A program made the translations under genes and the position numbers. Source: Fimbriosthenelais zetlandica (lineage: Eukaryota). From it: a stretch of 64,000 bases of DNA. Numbering within the stretch: position 1 is the first letter of the stretch; each line of letters opens with the position of its first letter. The notes beneath the pieces were generated by a model. That model made no database searches and had not been told where the DNA came from. It was given only the letters and a program-made list of their open reading frames with translations. Below are positions 1-14,093 of this stretch, in pieces. The stretch spans positions 23,436,001-23,500,000 of the forward strand of contig OZ365111.1 in the NCBI GenBank assembly GCA_977030845.1. Direction: 5' to 3'.

Positions 1-3000
1 TTAAGGTAATCACCGTGTGTTAGAGTAAGGGCACCGTATAAATCCACATAGGTTTAACGGTTTACAGATATAAAAAAGAAATCATTTAAAGATCTGTACT
101 AAAATATGGCATTGATGTTTAAAATTTAATCTGAAGTATCCCTTAGAAAGAGGTTGACGAATCGTTCCACGAGATGACCGTTGCAACGGTTGCCTAAGTT
201 TGTGCATGGACTATACTTGCTGGCTTGTGCGTTAGATGAATCAAAGGAAAGCACAAAACATTATAGAGGCTTTAGGAATGATTCGACCACCACTTTAAAT
301 CATTGCTTTTCACGTATGGACAATCGGACAGCCAACAGGTTTTTTAAATTGGCATACAACTATCTGTTTGTTATCCGATTGTCAGTCCTGTTAGTGCAGC
401 CTGGCCTTTAAATTATGAAATTTAAATAATATTTATCGTACCTGGGCCTTAACGTTAGTATGTATGTATTAAATGTGTGAGGGAAGTGTTGCATCGGGTT
501 GTATAGAGTGTCATTATATTTGTACATTTTCACATTTTCAAACCAAACTGTATAATACTGGCTTACAATATTGTTGTGTGAGAATCGTTGTACTTCTACA
601 TTGTCATTACAACTATGGATCTCACGTGACGGTAGTGACTGTAAATACTCTGTACTGGTAATTACATGGAATTTGATACAGAAACGGTAAAAATTCTGTA
701 CATCTGAAGCTTAAAAGTGTAAGTGTCAAATACATGCTTCCTGTCTGTCAATTCTGAGAATTGTCCAAAATCTGTTGTTTCATTTTTGGAAATAGATAAA
801 TTTCGGTATCAAACAAAGTTTGCTTGATATCCCCGAACGAATTGCCCAAATATTGGATATAAAAACTTTACAACTTAACTTAACATGACAAACATTCTCA
901 ATAGCTATAGCTCTTGATAAAAGCTTTCGATTCATTTGAAAAAGGTTGTTTGAAAATTGAATAAAAGTAAATTATGAGAATTGACTGTGCACATCACAGC
1001 AAGCCAATTGTCCACCCGATTGCGAATTTCCCACTTTTTTCAAATGCTTGTAGCTTTTAACAATGGGTGAGGAAAATTTAAATCAATAAGTGTCGTTACT
1101 AGGGATAAATACATTGGTGATCTAATGGACTATTAGCCTGTTGTGCCCAGTCCCTTATGCTTAAAGCTTCGGAGGTGGAGTCATACATATCATCTTCACA
1201 TTCTGTGTAAAGACAACTTGGTTGTAAAAAATAATCAGCTGTAAATTTCAAGTGTGAGTTAGCCTAAACCTTGTTAGAGATCTCTACTGATATATTTTAG
1301 CTACTATCGTCCAATTTATCTAATGCTCAATGTTAACTGTCTTTGATGGGTTATTTAGGCAGGTTGCTCAGTAAATCGTTGGTGGTTTTTTCCATTTAAA
1401 TCTATTGTTAACATAATAAGTAAATAGTTTATAAGTGATGTTTTTAGCGGGTGTTAAGACGGGCTTAAAATATTTCACGCAGTTCAGTCTCAGGATGAAC
1501 TGGATTTAGTTCAAAGCAAGAAGTTCTCTTCATTATTCGTCCGTTTCATAATCTATGGTTAGGTTCTCTGTTATGGAATAGTATCCATGCTTTAGTCATA
1601 TTTCCTGCTTTTGTTTCACATTTTCTCAATCTGTCAACATGCCCAAATTATCATAATCTCTGCTTATCTGATTTTTTTTGCTTCCTTGGATTTTTTAAAA
1701 ACAACAATAAGGGTACATGTAATTAAAATGTCCTAGAAATGAAAGAATCGATAGCATGCTTGGTACCTTCTTTTGGTAGTCCTTAATTGTCATGGTGAAA
1801 CTCTCTTGTGCGTGCAACATGGGTTTAAAGGAAAGTGCAGGGATTCTATGAACATTGCGGATAGGGTATGTACCAAACACGTCTGTAAACAAAATAACTG
1901 TTGAATAATGTACATATATATAGGCCTACATAGGAAATTTTTGGAATGTCTTGGATAGCTGTTCTGGAAGAATTTTTATTAGCCTATATATTATCATAGC
2001 ATTTTAGTGTATTTAAGCGTGGCCCTATAGACCAAATGATAGGGAAACTTCAGTGAGTAGTTCTAAACCAAAGGTAGCCACGTTCAAACTAAGTGGATGA
2101 AACAACCTGTCAATAACCTCACTGAGCCAACACTATATTATAATTATATGATATCGGTCAATATTACTATTGGGAAGTCCCTTGTGTCACCTTATTTGGT
2201 TGACATTTATGAAGTCCCCATTGCTGAGGATCATGCCTTCAAAAATATGACTTCTGTACCCATGACAAATTTCGGGTGAAATTCAAACTTCTATCAAACA
2301 TTATCTTTACTACATGTATAATTGTAGTCACTTTGCTACTTTATAGTTTGCCATTTCACTGTTGTGGTCCTTGTTCTATTAGGATGGCTAGAATTTTTTG
2401 GGGAGAATCCTGACTTTCATGGGAAAAGAGCCAGTCAAAATAGTCGTAAAAAACGGGTATGCTTGTTCAGAGAAGTCCAATTTCTCTTCTTGATTTTGGA
2501 AATATTTGTTCACCAAATGAAAGGAAACTCCCTTGTTTACAGGGTCACAGTCCTAGTTCATTTCCTAGTATGGCAGCTCATCTCTTGCTATTTATTAGGG
2601 GCATGTTTCATAAAAATAAAATGACAGTTGAATACTAGATTTGTTTATGGAATAAGCTTAATGTGGCACATCTTTGTTATGAAATGGCCCCCGGTAGACT
2701 TAATACTCTATAGTTCACTTTATTATCCCACGAAGAAACCTTACTCAAAATTGTTTTGTATTTTGTTTGCTATTAATTACCCTCAAGATATATAATAGTC
2801 CATTGCCTTGTTAATTTATCAGGCCTGAATCGTAATAGTTTGCATGTATTATGTGGCTTTTGGTTCCTCCAAACTCTATATTTTATTTTAGCATTAAATT
2901 AAGAGTCTTGAATTCACTCGCTGTACGCAGGGTATATGTATACAATCATTAGTTGTTGGGTAAATGCATTTCCTTTTGCAGTATTTATTTTATATATGAA

Positions 3001-5811
3001 AGAAATACTATAGTGAGCTCTCTGATTGTTAAAACCTTTAGATAATCACAGGTAAAATAGTTCTTAATGTTATATAGTTGATTAAATGCTGCTCCAAGGG
3101 ATGTTAAATTTTAATATAATATTAACTTTAATATATACACTAGTTCTATTTAAGATTTACACAATTGTCATTGATTGATTCAAAATTTAGTTTGCTGATA
3201 TGCTGTAGATTTCTTTTTGCATTTAAATACACATTGTCTTCATAGGCGTGTTGTTCAGGGACGTAAGTAAAAGTAGCCAAGCGTAGACTTTCCATTACTA
3301 TAACTGTTAATGAATAAAAGAGTCCTCTTTTTTCGAAAGATTCCATTTTATGCGTAGGCCTCCAGTTCCTGTCACAGGGATGTGATTTACAATATTGCTA
3401 CACTTGCAAATTTTATTGGTTCTTTATTGTTGCAAGAAACGGTGTATAAATTTGCAAGATGTGAGTTACTTTTGGTGCAATTATGAAAGAAATTTGGCTT
3501 TTGGATTTCTGGATTTGCCCAGCTTTTCTGATAGGAGTTTATAATTTTAATTTTGTAAACTTTGGCATTGATACTGTCCTGGCATTGATGTTTATAAAAC
3601 TGTGATTCAACTTCAGTCAACAAATTAAGATTTTGCTATAGGGCTGTACGTTAACAGTTAAGTCTCAGAAACTCTCATATTTAGTCGATCAAAGCCTTCG
3701 TGTAACTATATTGGTTAATAAATTGGCTAAATAATTGTAACCATTACGTCATAACGTTTTACAAACCCATCCAGTGTTCAAAATGTTAAGTGTAATATAC
3801 ATGTAGACCTGTATAATATATCTATTTGTCTAAAGAAGACTAATTGACAAGAATCAAAATTTGAAGACAGGATGCCTTAACTGTTGTCTGGCTTTCTCTT
3901 GCAAAAAACAATGGTCATGCATGGGTAAAACTCAATCTATCCATTTCTATCTCATATCATACGATAGTAAATCCAAAATGATTACTCCCATCTCCGTTGC
4001 ATAACCTCTAGGCTTAAATGAAAAGCCTATTCATATGGAAATTCCCACCAAGGTCCTATAACCTTTATAGAGAATAGTCCCCCGGAAATTGCTAACACTT
4101 TCATGAAGCCTATTTTTTTGAAACTCTGAAGCCAGGTGACATCGATGTTGGTGTTTTGGCAATCCCACAATTAAACAAATCTAATATAAACGACATGGGG
4201 CTTCAAATACCCATTGCGTTATAATAATATTAACTAAATTATACACTTGTCAATCAACGATTGTGTCTGTTGTGAAGATGAAATTTCCATTGTTGTTGGG
4301 CATGGTGGCACTGACTGTTGTGAAGCAATTAGCTGATGAGTGTTGGAATAATTGCTTGAGCCTGGCATTTTAAATAGGCTTGTTCTGGTTTAAAAACAAA
4401 TTGGTCCGATGCTAAGTCTGTGGGTTAAAGTAGCACATCTTCTGGAACGGGCTTCTTCAGGATGCTTCATGTAACCCTATAGGGTCTGTTTCAAAAGAGT
4501 CTGTATTGCGTGTCCTCGACAATGTATAGCATTTCCTATTTATGCGACAGGATGAAGGCGATTTTTGGCAGCATTGTGCTTCATTGGTTTTTGATCCAAG
4601 AGACATTAACTTGTCAGTCTTTATTACATTGTTGGAAACAATATCCTTCAGGCTTCAGATAACTTGTCTTGACTGGACTTGACTTTAAGGTTTGATTTTA
4701 TGAAGAAATTGTAGAAAATAAACCTGGTATGTACAGATGCAAATGTTATAATACCATCAAACATGTGAATATTGTAATTCTTGTCGGATCTCTAAAGCAA
4801 ACCCCCACCATGCAGTGGACTAAATGACCCTGAATGTTTGTTGACAACCAAACCAGCATTACTCTACAACAAGCAGCGATTTTTGTCAACCGTCAGAGGT
4901 TTGTTTCCATTTTTGTAGATTCTGCCATGAAATTAGAACTTGTTTTGGGAACACTCGCTGGGCCACCATTGAAAATTTATATGCAACGGACATTGTATAA
5001 TGTTGTACGATATAATGATTGTAATGATTATATTGTGGTTTCTCATCAGGAAATGGAAATGAGTCGCTACATGATAAAATCTATGAGGAATAAACATTCT
5101 AAAAACACAGAAATCTGCCTTGTTAGTACTAACGAAAAATAATAGGCCTACATAAATAATATGTATCGGACTATATATTTTTTTGCATTGAAGTGCGGAC
5201 CTGTCTCTATTATAGTCATGTTCTCAATCAGAATGTAATGCATTATTTTTTTTCTGAAAGGATCGCAACTCACCCCAATGTATTTTATAATGCAGATAGC
5301 GACCCCCCCCCCCCCAGCAACCCAGCTTTTCACCAAACTGGATAAGCCTACCCCCTGGTCGAAACCCGGCCCCCATACCCAACCCCTTCACATTGCTGGA
5401 TCCGCCCCTGAAAAGAATATATATTATGTTATGTGAACAAATGCGACCCTTGTAATTTTTGTAAGAAATAGATAATTATATAAATCTCGTCCCTTTAATT
5501 GTGATTCATTGACATTATCGTTGGTGTTTCAGATTTAGTATTTTATCATTGGATACAAGCGAGCATCACAGTCCGGTTTGGCTTTCAGTGCCCTCATCCG
5601 GGCAACTCTCGGCGATCACATCATCCTACGTAGAAGTTCGATCAACAGGTACGGGCGTCGATCAGTTGTCTGTATTTGGCTCTGTCTAACCCTCCAAATC
5701 AAGAACAAAACATCTCGATTCACAACTAAATGTCTACTAACAATTGAGGCAAGTATTAAGGTGTCGTTTGATTGCAAAATGAACTTGTTGATGTTGGGGC
5801 GGTCTGGGTTC

Positions 5812-6444
5812 ATTGGTCGGATTGGAATCAAAATGGCTGCAGCAGGTCGAGCTCGCGTGGGAAGACTTCAATGTCCCGTAAGAGTAAATTTAAATAATTG
5901 GCATCACTGATTAATATAAAGTATTCATGAGAATTCCTTGTTTATTTCTGGTGTGTTTTGAACTGTTTTGGAGGGCTGGGGAGCGGATGGGAGATTGGGA
6001 ATTGCGGCCGCAGGGTGGTGGAAGAAGCAATGGTGGTTCCAGATATGATAAAAGATGGCGACATCGCCCCCGCCATCTTGGATCTTGAAGACGGGACTGC
6101 GAGTAATCGATCAATTCATAGGGCCTACTCCATCCCTTACTGACAACCACTAAATCAGTGATATTTTTAGTGATTGTTTACAGTTCTTCCTGAATTTGTC
6201 GCCTTTATTTCAATATTTGGTATTCGATCTTCCAGTGTTATAGGCCACGATGTTGACCCGGTAAATGTAGGTCAATTAGGGTCGCATTGATTTTAGAGCC
6301 TAATGAAGATTGATTTAGATAAACTTTGGTAGGTGTTTAGAAGGAAATTGTGTTTATTTTTGGTCTCAATGGTCTCCATGTTACCCGTAGGCCTATATGG
6401 AATTAAATTCCCATTGTTTTTCTCAAACAGCTTGAAGATGGCGG
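5812..6444 (+). promoter_or_regulatory. Promoter-like CpG-containing region with CCAAT and YY1-type motifs
   Basis: ATTGG x2 at ~5812-5826, AAAATGGCTG 5830, AAGATGGCG 6052 and 6435, CGCCATCTT 6071; locally raised CpG. Motifs seen in sequence; promoter function is inference. Confidence 0.4.
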
Positions 6445-6551
6445 TCGAACTGAAATAGAATGTGGAGGGAGACAATAGGCCTACGTTGTGAGCAGCGGCG
6501 CCCATTCTGAACTTATCAACAAAAACACCAATATATGACACTGGACCCTTG
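6431..6551 (+). other. Candidate non-coding (5' UTR) exon
   Basis: Pyrimidine-rich acceptor ttttttctcaaacAG ending 6430 and donor G|GTAAGC at 6552; all three frames hit stops. Confidence 0.3.
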
Positions 6552-7838
6552 GTAAGCTTATACCAATTTCTGACGGAATAGATCAGGCCACATACAAAAT
6601 TACTTGTTTAACATCCCCTCCCGTCCTAAAAAAAAGGGGCCCCGACATAGATTTTATCATACAAAAATTGGGCCCATTTGTACAATAAACAAAAATACCT
6701 ACATTATTTAACTTCCACATAAACAAAAAAATCTTTCATATCTGAAATTGTACACAGTCAAAAGTATTGAACATGTGGTTCTCATGTGGTTCGTATCTAA
6801 GCAACTGATCAGTCAACAGGGTGAAATAACCAAAATATTGAACGCCTTAATGTTGATTAATGGGGAAATCCTACACATTGTCTAATTTGGACGAAGATGG
6901 CACCAAGAGACAAATGAACATTTCCTATACTACTTCATCGAGAACGCCTTTTCATAGTGAGTAGTATAATATATTTGGGGTGTAGTTTTCTTCAAATAAT
7001 GAACATTCTTTAAATTGTTAGCAGCCTCAGGTCATTTTCTTAAGACTTTCCAAATATTCTGATTGTTTCGAACAAACGCTACACCGTTAAGAGCTCTAAA
7101 TCAACCTTTTCCTGATAACTATTTTTTCACGAATGATTTATATTTATATTTCCTTGCATAGTTGATTTCAAATTCGTTTCTTCCCGAGACCGTTTTTACC
7201 ATAGCATTAAGGTCATTAATAGTAAGCTATTTCATCTTAATTTGATTATAATTATAATTTGTCAAGAGTCTCAAATACACATACATAGTGGTTAGTCATG
7301 CGGTAAAAGTTTTCTAATGTTGTACCGATTGGGGATAGGATAGGGAATTGTGTGTCCATGTATATGTTATGGTCCTTTACATAAATTTGTTTGCACCCAT
7401 AGTAGGCCTATAGATTTCATTGGTGCAATCATTTGTTTTGATTACCTATTCAAGGACTCATTGCTCCTAATTTAGGCCTAGCTTATTCACGATCAGAATA
7501 CAACTATTGCATCCTTTTTACGAAGGGGCCTGGGACTTGTTTCATTCCAAAGATGTCCTACATTAATCTATGGTGCATCCATGGGCTTATGTAGTCAATT
7601 TTTCATTCAAAGTCGGGCCCAAATGTGTTTGGTTTTGGTGTATGGAAGCTTGCAAGGAAAGTGTGTGCTCGAGTCCTGGGAAGACGATTGAGTGCCATAA
7701 AAACAAACACTAGTGAGCACGCTGAACTGAGCGAACCATGATTGGCTAGACCTCCTCTAGACTATAGAGGCCCCCATGCACCAGCACCGCTCCACCACCC
7801 AACTACCACCACCCAGCGGGGGAAGGTGCCCGGGGAAA

Positions 7839-8238
7839 GGGGGCACTCACAACCAAACAGAGTACCCATGCTCATTGCCGGCCCTCAAATTCGCTAAAAA
7901 ATGTTGAGGCAAATGCCAATTGAAATTCAGGCTGATATTCAAGGCTGTTTTTCTACTACATTCCCATTGACTTAAATAATGCCATGACAATTGACATTTT
8001 CAGATGTATTATTTACCTGACTTCAATGGCTGAATTCAGGGGGTTTCACTTGTAAAAAGTGTCCATTATCTTGAGAAATTACCTTTAAAAAAATGCCCTG
8101 TAAAACAAAGTTCTACATCGTTTCCTATAAATTCCACTGACACTGATTTTACATTTTCATTCCAGAGAATATCCCGTTTTGCCTCTCTCCAAAACACTGG
8201 CTCAATCACTGATTTCCACTTTACTCCCGAGTGCCCCC
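7839..8238. mobile_element. MITE-like non-autonomous element
   Basis: Perfect 10-bp inverted termini GGGGGCACTC (7839-7848) / GAGTGCCCCC (8229-8238), G/C-rich flanks, no ORF; TSD not resolved. Confidence 0.55.
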
Positions 8239-8326
8239 TGCCCCCCACCCACCCTCCTAGGCCCAGCCACCACAGCAGGATAAGCTGTGTATGTGAGTTC
8301 TCAGTGTAGCCTGATACCTCGGCGTC

Positions 8327-8532
8327 TGACGTCACAGCCCAGGACCAAGTTCTGACCCAGAAAGAGTCAGAGAGCCGATGGATTCACCTATGTACATATA
8401 CTCCAACGCCGCTACTACTACCACCAACACCACTACCACCACCACATCCTCCGCTCCATCGATTCATCCCCAATAAAATAGTGTCTGCGACATTTAAACG
8501 ACCAAACAAAGAGAGTCAGAGGCTGAAAAGGG
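8327..8532 (+). other. Candidate 5' exon with CRE site and a 32-aa Thr-rich short ORF
   Basis: TGACGTCA 8327-8334; ATG 8378 to TAA 8476 gives MDSPMYIYSNAATTTTNTTTTTTSSAPSIHPQ; donor G|GTGAGT at 8533. Confidence 0.3.
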
Positions 8533-11240
8533 GTGAGTAGACTTCCTGTCATGTATTCTGTTTCGTTATGTATGGTTTTAATGTCTATGTCTGACGGAAA
8601 GATTCCCAGCGGTGCTCGCCCTCCTCCATTTGCTGCTATACACTGTGGTGGACTGGAACTTGGAAGTAGCATAGCCATGTTTTAACGCCACTTTCTTTGC
8701 TCTTACAATATGCTTGGCTTATTTGGTGCTTGTCATATTTTTTATTTTCCTTCCATTTTTATTTCATGTGAAAGTGCATGTGTATGGGTTTATTTCTCCG
8801 GTTCTGCTTTGCCTCTCAATCCATTGTACATAGAGGCATCACTTTAGAAACATAGCGTGTTAATGCATGCCTCATGCCTTGGTCGATCACTCGTCCGTCC
8901 CCCTGCTCTCCCCCCCTCTCTCTCTCCAACCTACCGACTCACAACCAACACTATAAATATAGCACACACATATCCTCACACTTCTATATACATGCAAGGC
9001 AGTCAGTCTGACCCATATTTTAAGCCTCCATCCCACTCAGATTTGTGTTAGATACCTAAACAATGATCCATAGGAATGTATATCTATGTATCCTAAATCT
9101 ACAACCATCTTTTACACTTGTAAGTTGTATACCCTCAGCATTGATCCATTGGTTCAAAATACCAAAAATATAACCATTGAATTTCATACCTATTTCAATG
9201 ACTAGTGATTTCAAAGCTATGTGTCCATTTCAATGGGAGGTGGGCGTTTCTACCTTGAGGGCGATAGTCGGTACTAAACTCTCATTTTATGCACTACAAT
9301 CTTTTCGCTGCACAGGTATGCCATACCTGCCTGCCTATACGAAAAAGGTCAGAAGTGTGTGGGTGTGGTGCTTGGAGAGTGGTGGAGTGAGTGCCGTGCG
9401 TGTGTGTATTATACATACAGAGGTGGTAGAAATAGGCTGTATAGATGGAAGCAGCAATCCTCCATTTTGGCTGAGTTGACCTACACACGAGAGAGAGCCG
9501 GGAGCAGGCTGAGCCTGTAGAACGAGTGCTAGCTCGCCCTCCCAGTTTGTACTATTATATCTCTACAGTAGTTCTACATACTCTTTATATACTTGTCTTA
9601 TAATCTAACCCATTGCTGCTTCTCATAGACAAAAAGTATACGATATCCCTCCGGATATGAAAGTGTTTCAATTGCTCATTTCATGATGGGTATTACAATG
9701 TCCAATTGATTATGATATGATTTTGCTTGGATGGCCCATTTAAAAGAATTGATAATGTCCCCAGAAACTGCGCTATCGTAAATAATAACTGTCCTGGTGG
9801 GATATTTAGATAAAAATGATCCCAGCTTAATCTTTGCCAAGGGTCTAGATAAAATAAATAGGTCTATCTTTGTTTCTCCACAGTCCTTTGGGAGCCTAAG
9901 ATATTGGTTACAGAGATCATTTTAAACAAAAAAAACTGAATTTCAAATTTGAGGTTCAAAGCATGAATTATTAAGTAAGATTAGATGTCCCATGAGCATT
10001 TTAAGGAGTTTTCTTATTCAATACATGTCATTTGTTATTTTTATATAATCACATTTGGTTGATTTAATTGCAAACTAGGTCCTATCCATGTGTACTTTGG
10101 TTCGCAAAGTTTTCACAATACAAATTCCTCCTACGGTAGATCTCCCGTTACTTTGCATTAGAAATATATAGGCCTACAACGAGTGTAGAATTCCATTCTC
10201 GTTGCTATGTACAACCATTTAGGTAGATTTTTACTTGTACTGATGATTTCAGGGTACAGTACTCGGGCCTTAAGGTGCATTATATTAACCATAATGTACA
10301 TTGAGTGGACTAAGTTTTAGGAGGATAGTAATTTATGAGCTTTAGAATGACCCATATGTGTGAGATCATAATGGCAGGATGTTCGTGCACTCATTAAAGC
10401 CAAACAGAACATCAAAGAGATGGGGGCGGCCCTGTTAGTCGCTAAGCCCAGCCAGTTTGTGTAATGTAGGCCTAGCTATCACTTAAGCCGGGCGATTTAA
10501 TCCCTACGTTTATACTGCAATTCTCTCGGGGGGAGACAACAAAGCATCGGTTTAGCCCCAGTTGTAATAAATTCAGACTCGAATTTCCGGCTTAGGAACT
10601 TTGTATAGGGGTAAGATACACGGAAAACAAAAGAGAGTTGGGTAGAATATTGGATAGAAAAACTTGAAGATAGTGTTTTAGGTACCTTCAAGGGCACATT
10701 TTGCCTGATGAAACCGTTAACTAACTCTGACCATATTATGTTTAGTATTTTCTACCCAGAGATAGGTTTTGATGCCTGATTTTTATGGTTAATCCCCTAT
10801 CACAATTTGAGACCATTACAATGAATTCTGTTCTGTATATTTTCAATTATAAAAATGTTACATCTTTTTGTATTAGAAATTTAAATTATTTCATAATTTG
10901 CATATTCTGCCCATATATACTACTCACGTTTTTCTGTGAGTAGTATAAGACCAACACATACTGATGAATTCTGTAGTAGTTCCCACTTTTGTATTTATTT
11001 ATTGGCAAATATGCGTTTCTGGCCTCGAGTAGCCGATTTCATACCGGCCAAAGAAATGTCCTCGATTTGTTTTTTTGGGGAAAATGTGTGATTTGAAAAT
11101 AGTGTGTTACATCTGGACTGTAGGGAAATATTTATTTGAATTTTTATAACCAAATTCTGGGAATTGAGTTTATTAAAATGTTTTGAGGCATTGTCACATG
11201 ACAACCTCTGCTCCAGCAGGCCTTTGTGCCTCGACAGAAG

Positions 11241-11324
11241 AGGTCATACTTTGGATGTGGTCAACATATGACCCCAGGCAACCAGCTGTTGCTATGGCAA
11301 CGGTTCTGCCCGCCGGGATGACCT
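11241..11324. promoter_or_regulatory. Enhancer-like cluster: RFX X-box plus nuclear-receptor half sites
   Basis: GTTGCTATGGCAAC 11288-11301 matches the RFX X-box consensus; AGGTCA-type half sites at 11241, 11258, 11269 (rev), 11319 (rev). Confidence 0.5.
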
Positions 11325-13660
11325 AGATCTCTCTCTCTCGCTTACTGTTGCTGGGGCTGAGCGAAATGGTTTAGTATGGTGCAGAGGTGTAGCGTTGGCC
11401 CATATAAATTCAGTGGTGGAGGAGGTGCGAGGGAGGGAGGAGGTGGGGGGAAGGAAGGGGTAGTGCTGGCGGTGGAGTAGGGAGTCGAGAGTGATGGGAG
11501 GGGGTGGTTGGGTTGAGGAGGGGCTGCATGGTTCCTTGGGATAGAGGCGCCTAGATGCTAGATAATATCAACCCCCACCCCCCACTGCGTATGCAGGAAG
11601 CCCCTCCACGCTTCCCTCCTGTGGAAGAGTGAAGCATAGAGTGGGCCTGAAGTTGGTGCATGGGGCTTGGAGTGTGGGGCTTGGGTTACTGGAAAAGTAC
11701 AATAGAATGAAAAGATTCCAAACTGGTGTTGCATTGGCCAAATAGCATCTGGTATCTTCTAGCCACTCAAAACTTTGCCCAAATACCACCTTGCTCATTA
11801 ATTGACAATGAGCTATCTGTGTGCAATTACATTTTTTGGCCCATTTTCTAGGGTCTGCTGTATGAAATAGGTGGCCTAATGTACACCCTTGAATCGACAA
11901 CTTTAATGTGCCGCCATACTTCTGCAGTAGTTTAGCCCCTGAACACTAATCACTTTAACCTCCCAAAACCTAACCTACAAAAGCAGTGATCAAATTCTGA
12001 TGGTTTTACATTGGCGACGGCCCTGACTAGCGCTGGTATGGCAGTATTCTACACTCTGCGACATCTTGTATTCAGTATTGAAATCTATGATGGTGTTTGA
12101 CATGCCAATTTGAACACTCGTTGAACGCTCGTTGGCAGAGAGTATACTAGTAGTATATAGACAGTAGGGCCTTAGAAACGGGGTCAGGCCTTCGGAGGTC
12201 ATGTGAACAGACAAGGCACAATCCTATAGTGAACAAGCCGGGGCATCGACCAAGCCTGACTGACATCTAATGACTTGTTAGCTACGTGGTGTGCGTGAGA
12301 ATGGGATATTCCTCAGACTTCACCTATTTATTTTCTCTGAATTAGACAAAGGCTTTTGTGAGGGATTAGGCTGTTTTTTTCTGGAAGGATTGGAACTAAA
12401 CATATATGGTTGTTCCTAAGAAATCTTTAGAAGAAATATTTTTAAAGCAGAATTTATTTGCAATTGCTAAAACAGTTCTTTCAACCTCAGAGTCAAATTT
12501 TATTTATCCCAGCATTTATTCTATGTTTTACCTCATTTTAGTTTAAGCTTTACCCATTAATATATATCTGAGATTTTTTTTATCTTGTGGGGATAAGCTT
12601 GGTCAATATTTGTTTAAATATATTTTATTTCTGTGTCTGTTATATTGATATTGATTATATTGATAACATTAGTAAGAAAGTAAAGATGGATCTAGAAGAA
12701 AATGGAAGAGAAGGTAGGATGAAGTGAGCAGAGAGAGAGAGAAACGAGTTAGTAGTATATATCCTTTATTCCCTGGAGCTTCCTCTAGATCTAGTAGCAC
12801 ATACACATGCCTGGGACAGAGACCAAGTTGAGTGAGTGAGATACATATTGGTGGAGAGGAGCGGCGGAGAGGGAGTACAGGCGGGACTAACTGACTGACT
12901 GACTATACCAGCTTTCTAGGTCAGCTGTGTATGCCTGGTGTCATCGTCTTGACGATAACTCCGGGGCATCATCAATCAAACAAGCTGTGGTGGTGGTGGT
13001 GGTGGGTGGTGGTAGTTGAGTAGAGTGGTGGTATAGTGAACCAGTGGTGGTACATCATGGTATCTGGTATAAGCTCCAGTACGCTATAGGAGCAAAAGGT
13101 CGAAACTGGGATCGACTATTTTTAATCCTTTAAGAAATATCCAACTTGCTGTAAGGGATATGTCTGCTGAGTGATTTTGAGGACATTTGGCGGTTTGAAA
13201 ATGATCCTAAATTAAGTTTACAAAAATCGACTATTCTTGGTCGTTGCTGTGGAATTGTCCCTTCAAAGTCACTTTTGAAGCTTGACATTTGAAAAAAGTT
13301 ACTTTTAAGCTTCTTAAGAGCCTAATTGGGACCAATGAGGGGCCTATTGTGTTTTAAATATTTTTTCAAGAAAAGGGTTTACTGGGAAATGAGCACTATA
13401 GGCACACTATAGACATGGACATTTCATCAAAATCTCGAATAAGATTTGCTGATTTTGCTTATCTCTGAAGACCCAGGTGGGACTATACCAGATTTGGTGC
13501 CTTGGGCCAAAAAGGAAGAAGGGCTTTAGATATAGTGCTTCTAATTCTAGAGTACTAGGCCTAATATAATGTGCACGATTCAAGAAGAGAGGGTCCACTG
13601 TCTATGGATGGCACCTTGACTTGATAAGGCGATGGGGTGGTGTGGTAGGGTTTGATGGGT

Positions 13661-13689
13661 GGGGGGGGGGGGGGGGGGGGGGGGGGGGG
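13661..13689 (+). repeat. Poly-G tract (29 G)
   Basis: Directly visible homopolymer; shorter poly-C runs at 5303-5315 and 17167-17182. Confidence 0.95.
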
Positions 13690-14036
13690 TGAGTGGGATA
13701 GCTGCATTATATCCTGTCTGGTACTTCACAATCTCCATTCAGATCTCCCAGTTAATTATACTCCTCGTCCCGCCCATCCCACCCTTACTTCCTCAAGCTG
13801 GCTCTATTTGAAATTCACCAGGGCGATGCCTGAAACTATGGCCCCCTAGCCTAATCGTCCTGCTGTCCTCCCTCATACATATTCATCACGCTTGACTGAT
13901 ATGTCAGATAGTAGCCTATATAACGAAGTCTATAATGAAGACCATGACAGGCTGTAAAACAATTATGATACTGACCCACACAGATTGCCAACACGTGCTT
14001 GACCTCCGGTTCCAGTGCGTTACTCAGACCAAGTGT

Positions 14037-14093
14037 ATGGGTAAATTTCGTTTTGGAACGGGCTCTGGTGGCACCTAATATCATTTCTTTGAT
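14037..14093 (+). repeat. Dispersed repeat, inverted partner at 15734-15785
   Basis: TTTTGGAACGGGCTCTGGTGGCACCTAATATCATTTCTTTGAT is a near match to the reverse complement of 15734-15776. Confidence 0.7.

Noticed and set aside
181-5336. Short ORFs of 60-100 aa in the first 5 kb (and similar ones throughout)
   Set aside because: AT-rich, no domains, no consistent exon signals; expected by chance.
5398-5410. GGATCCGCCCCTG, looks like the end of a common MITE
   Set aside because: No partner inverted end found nearby; cannot delimit an element.
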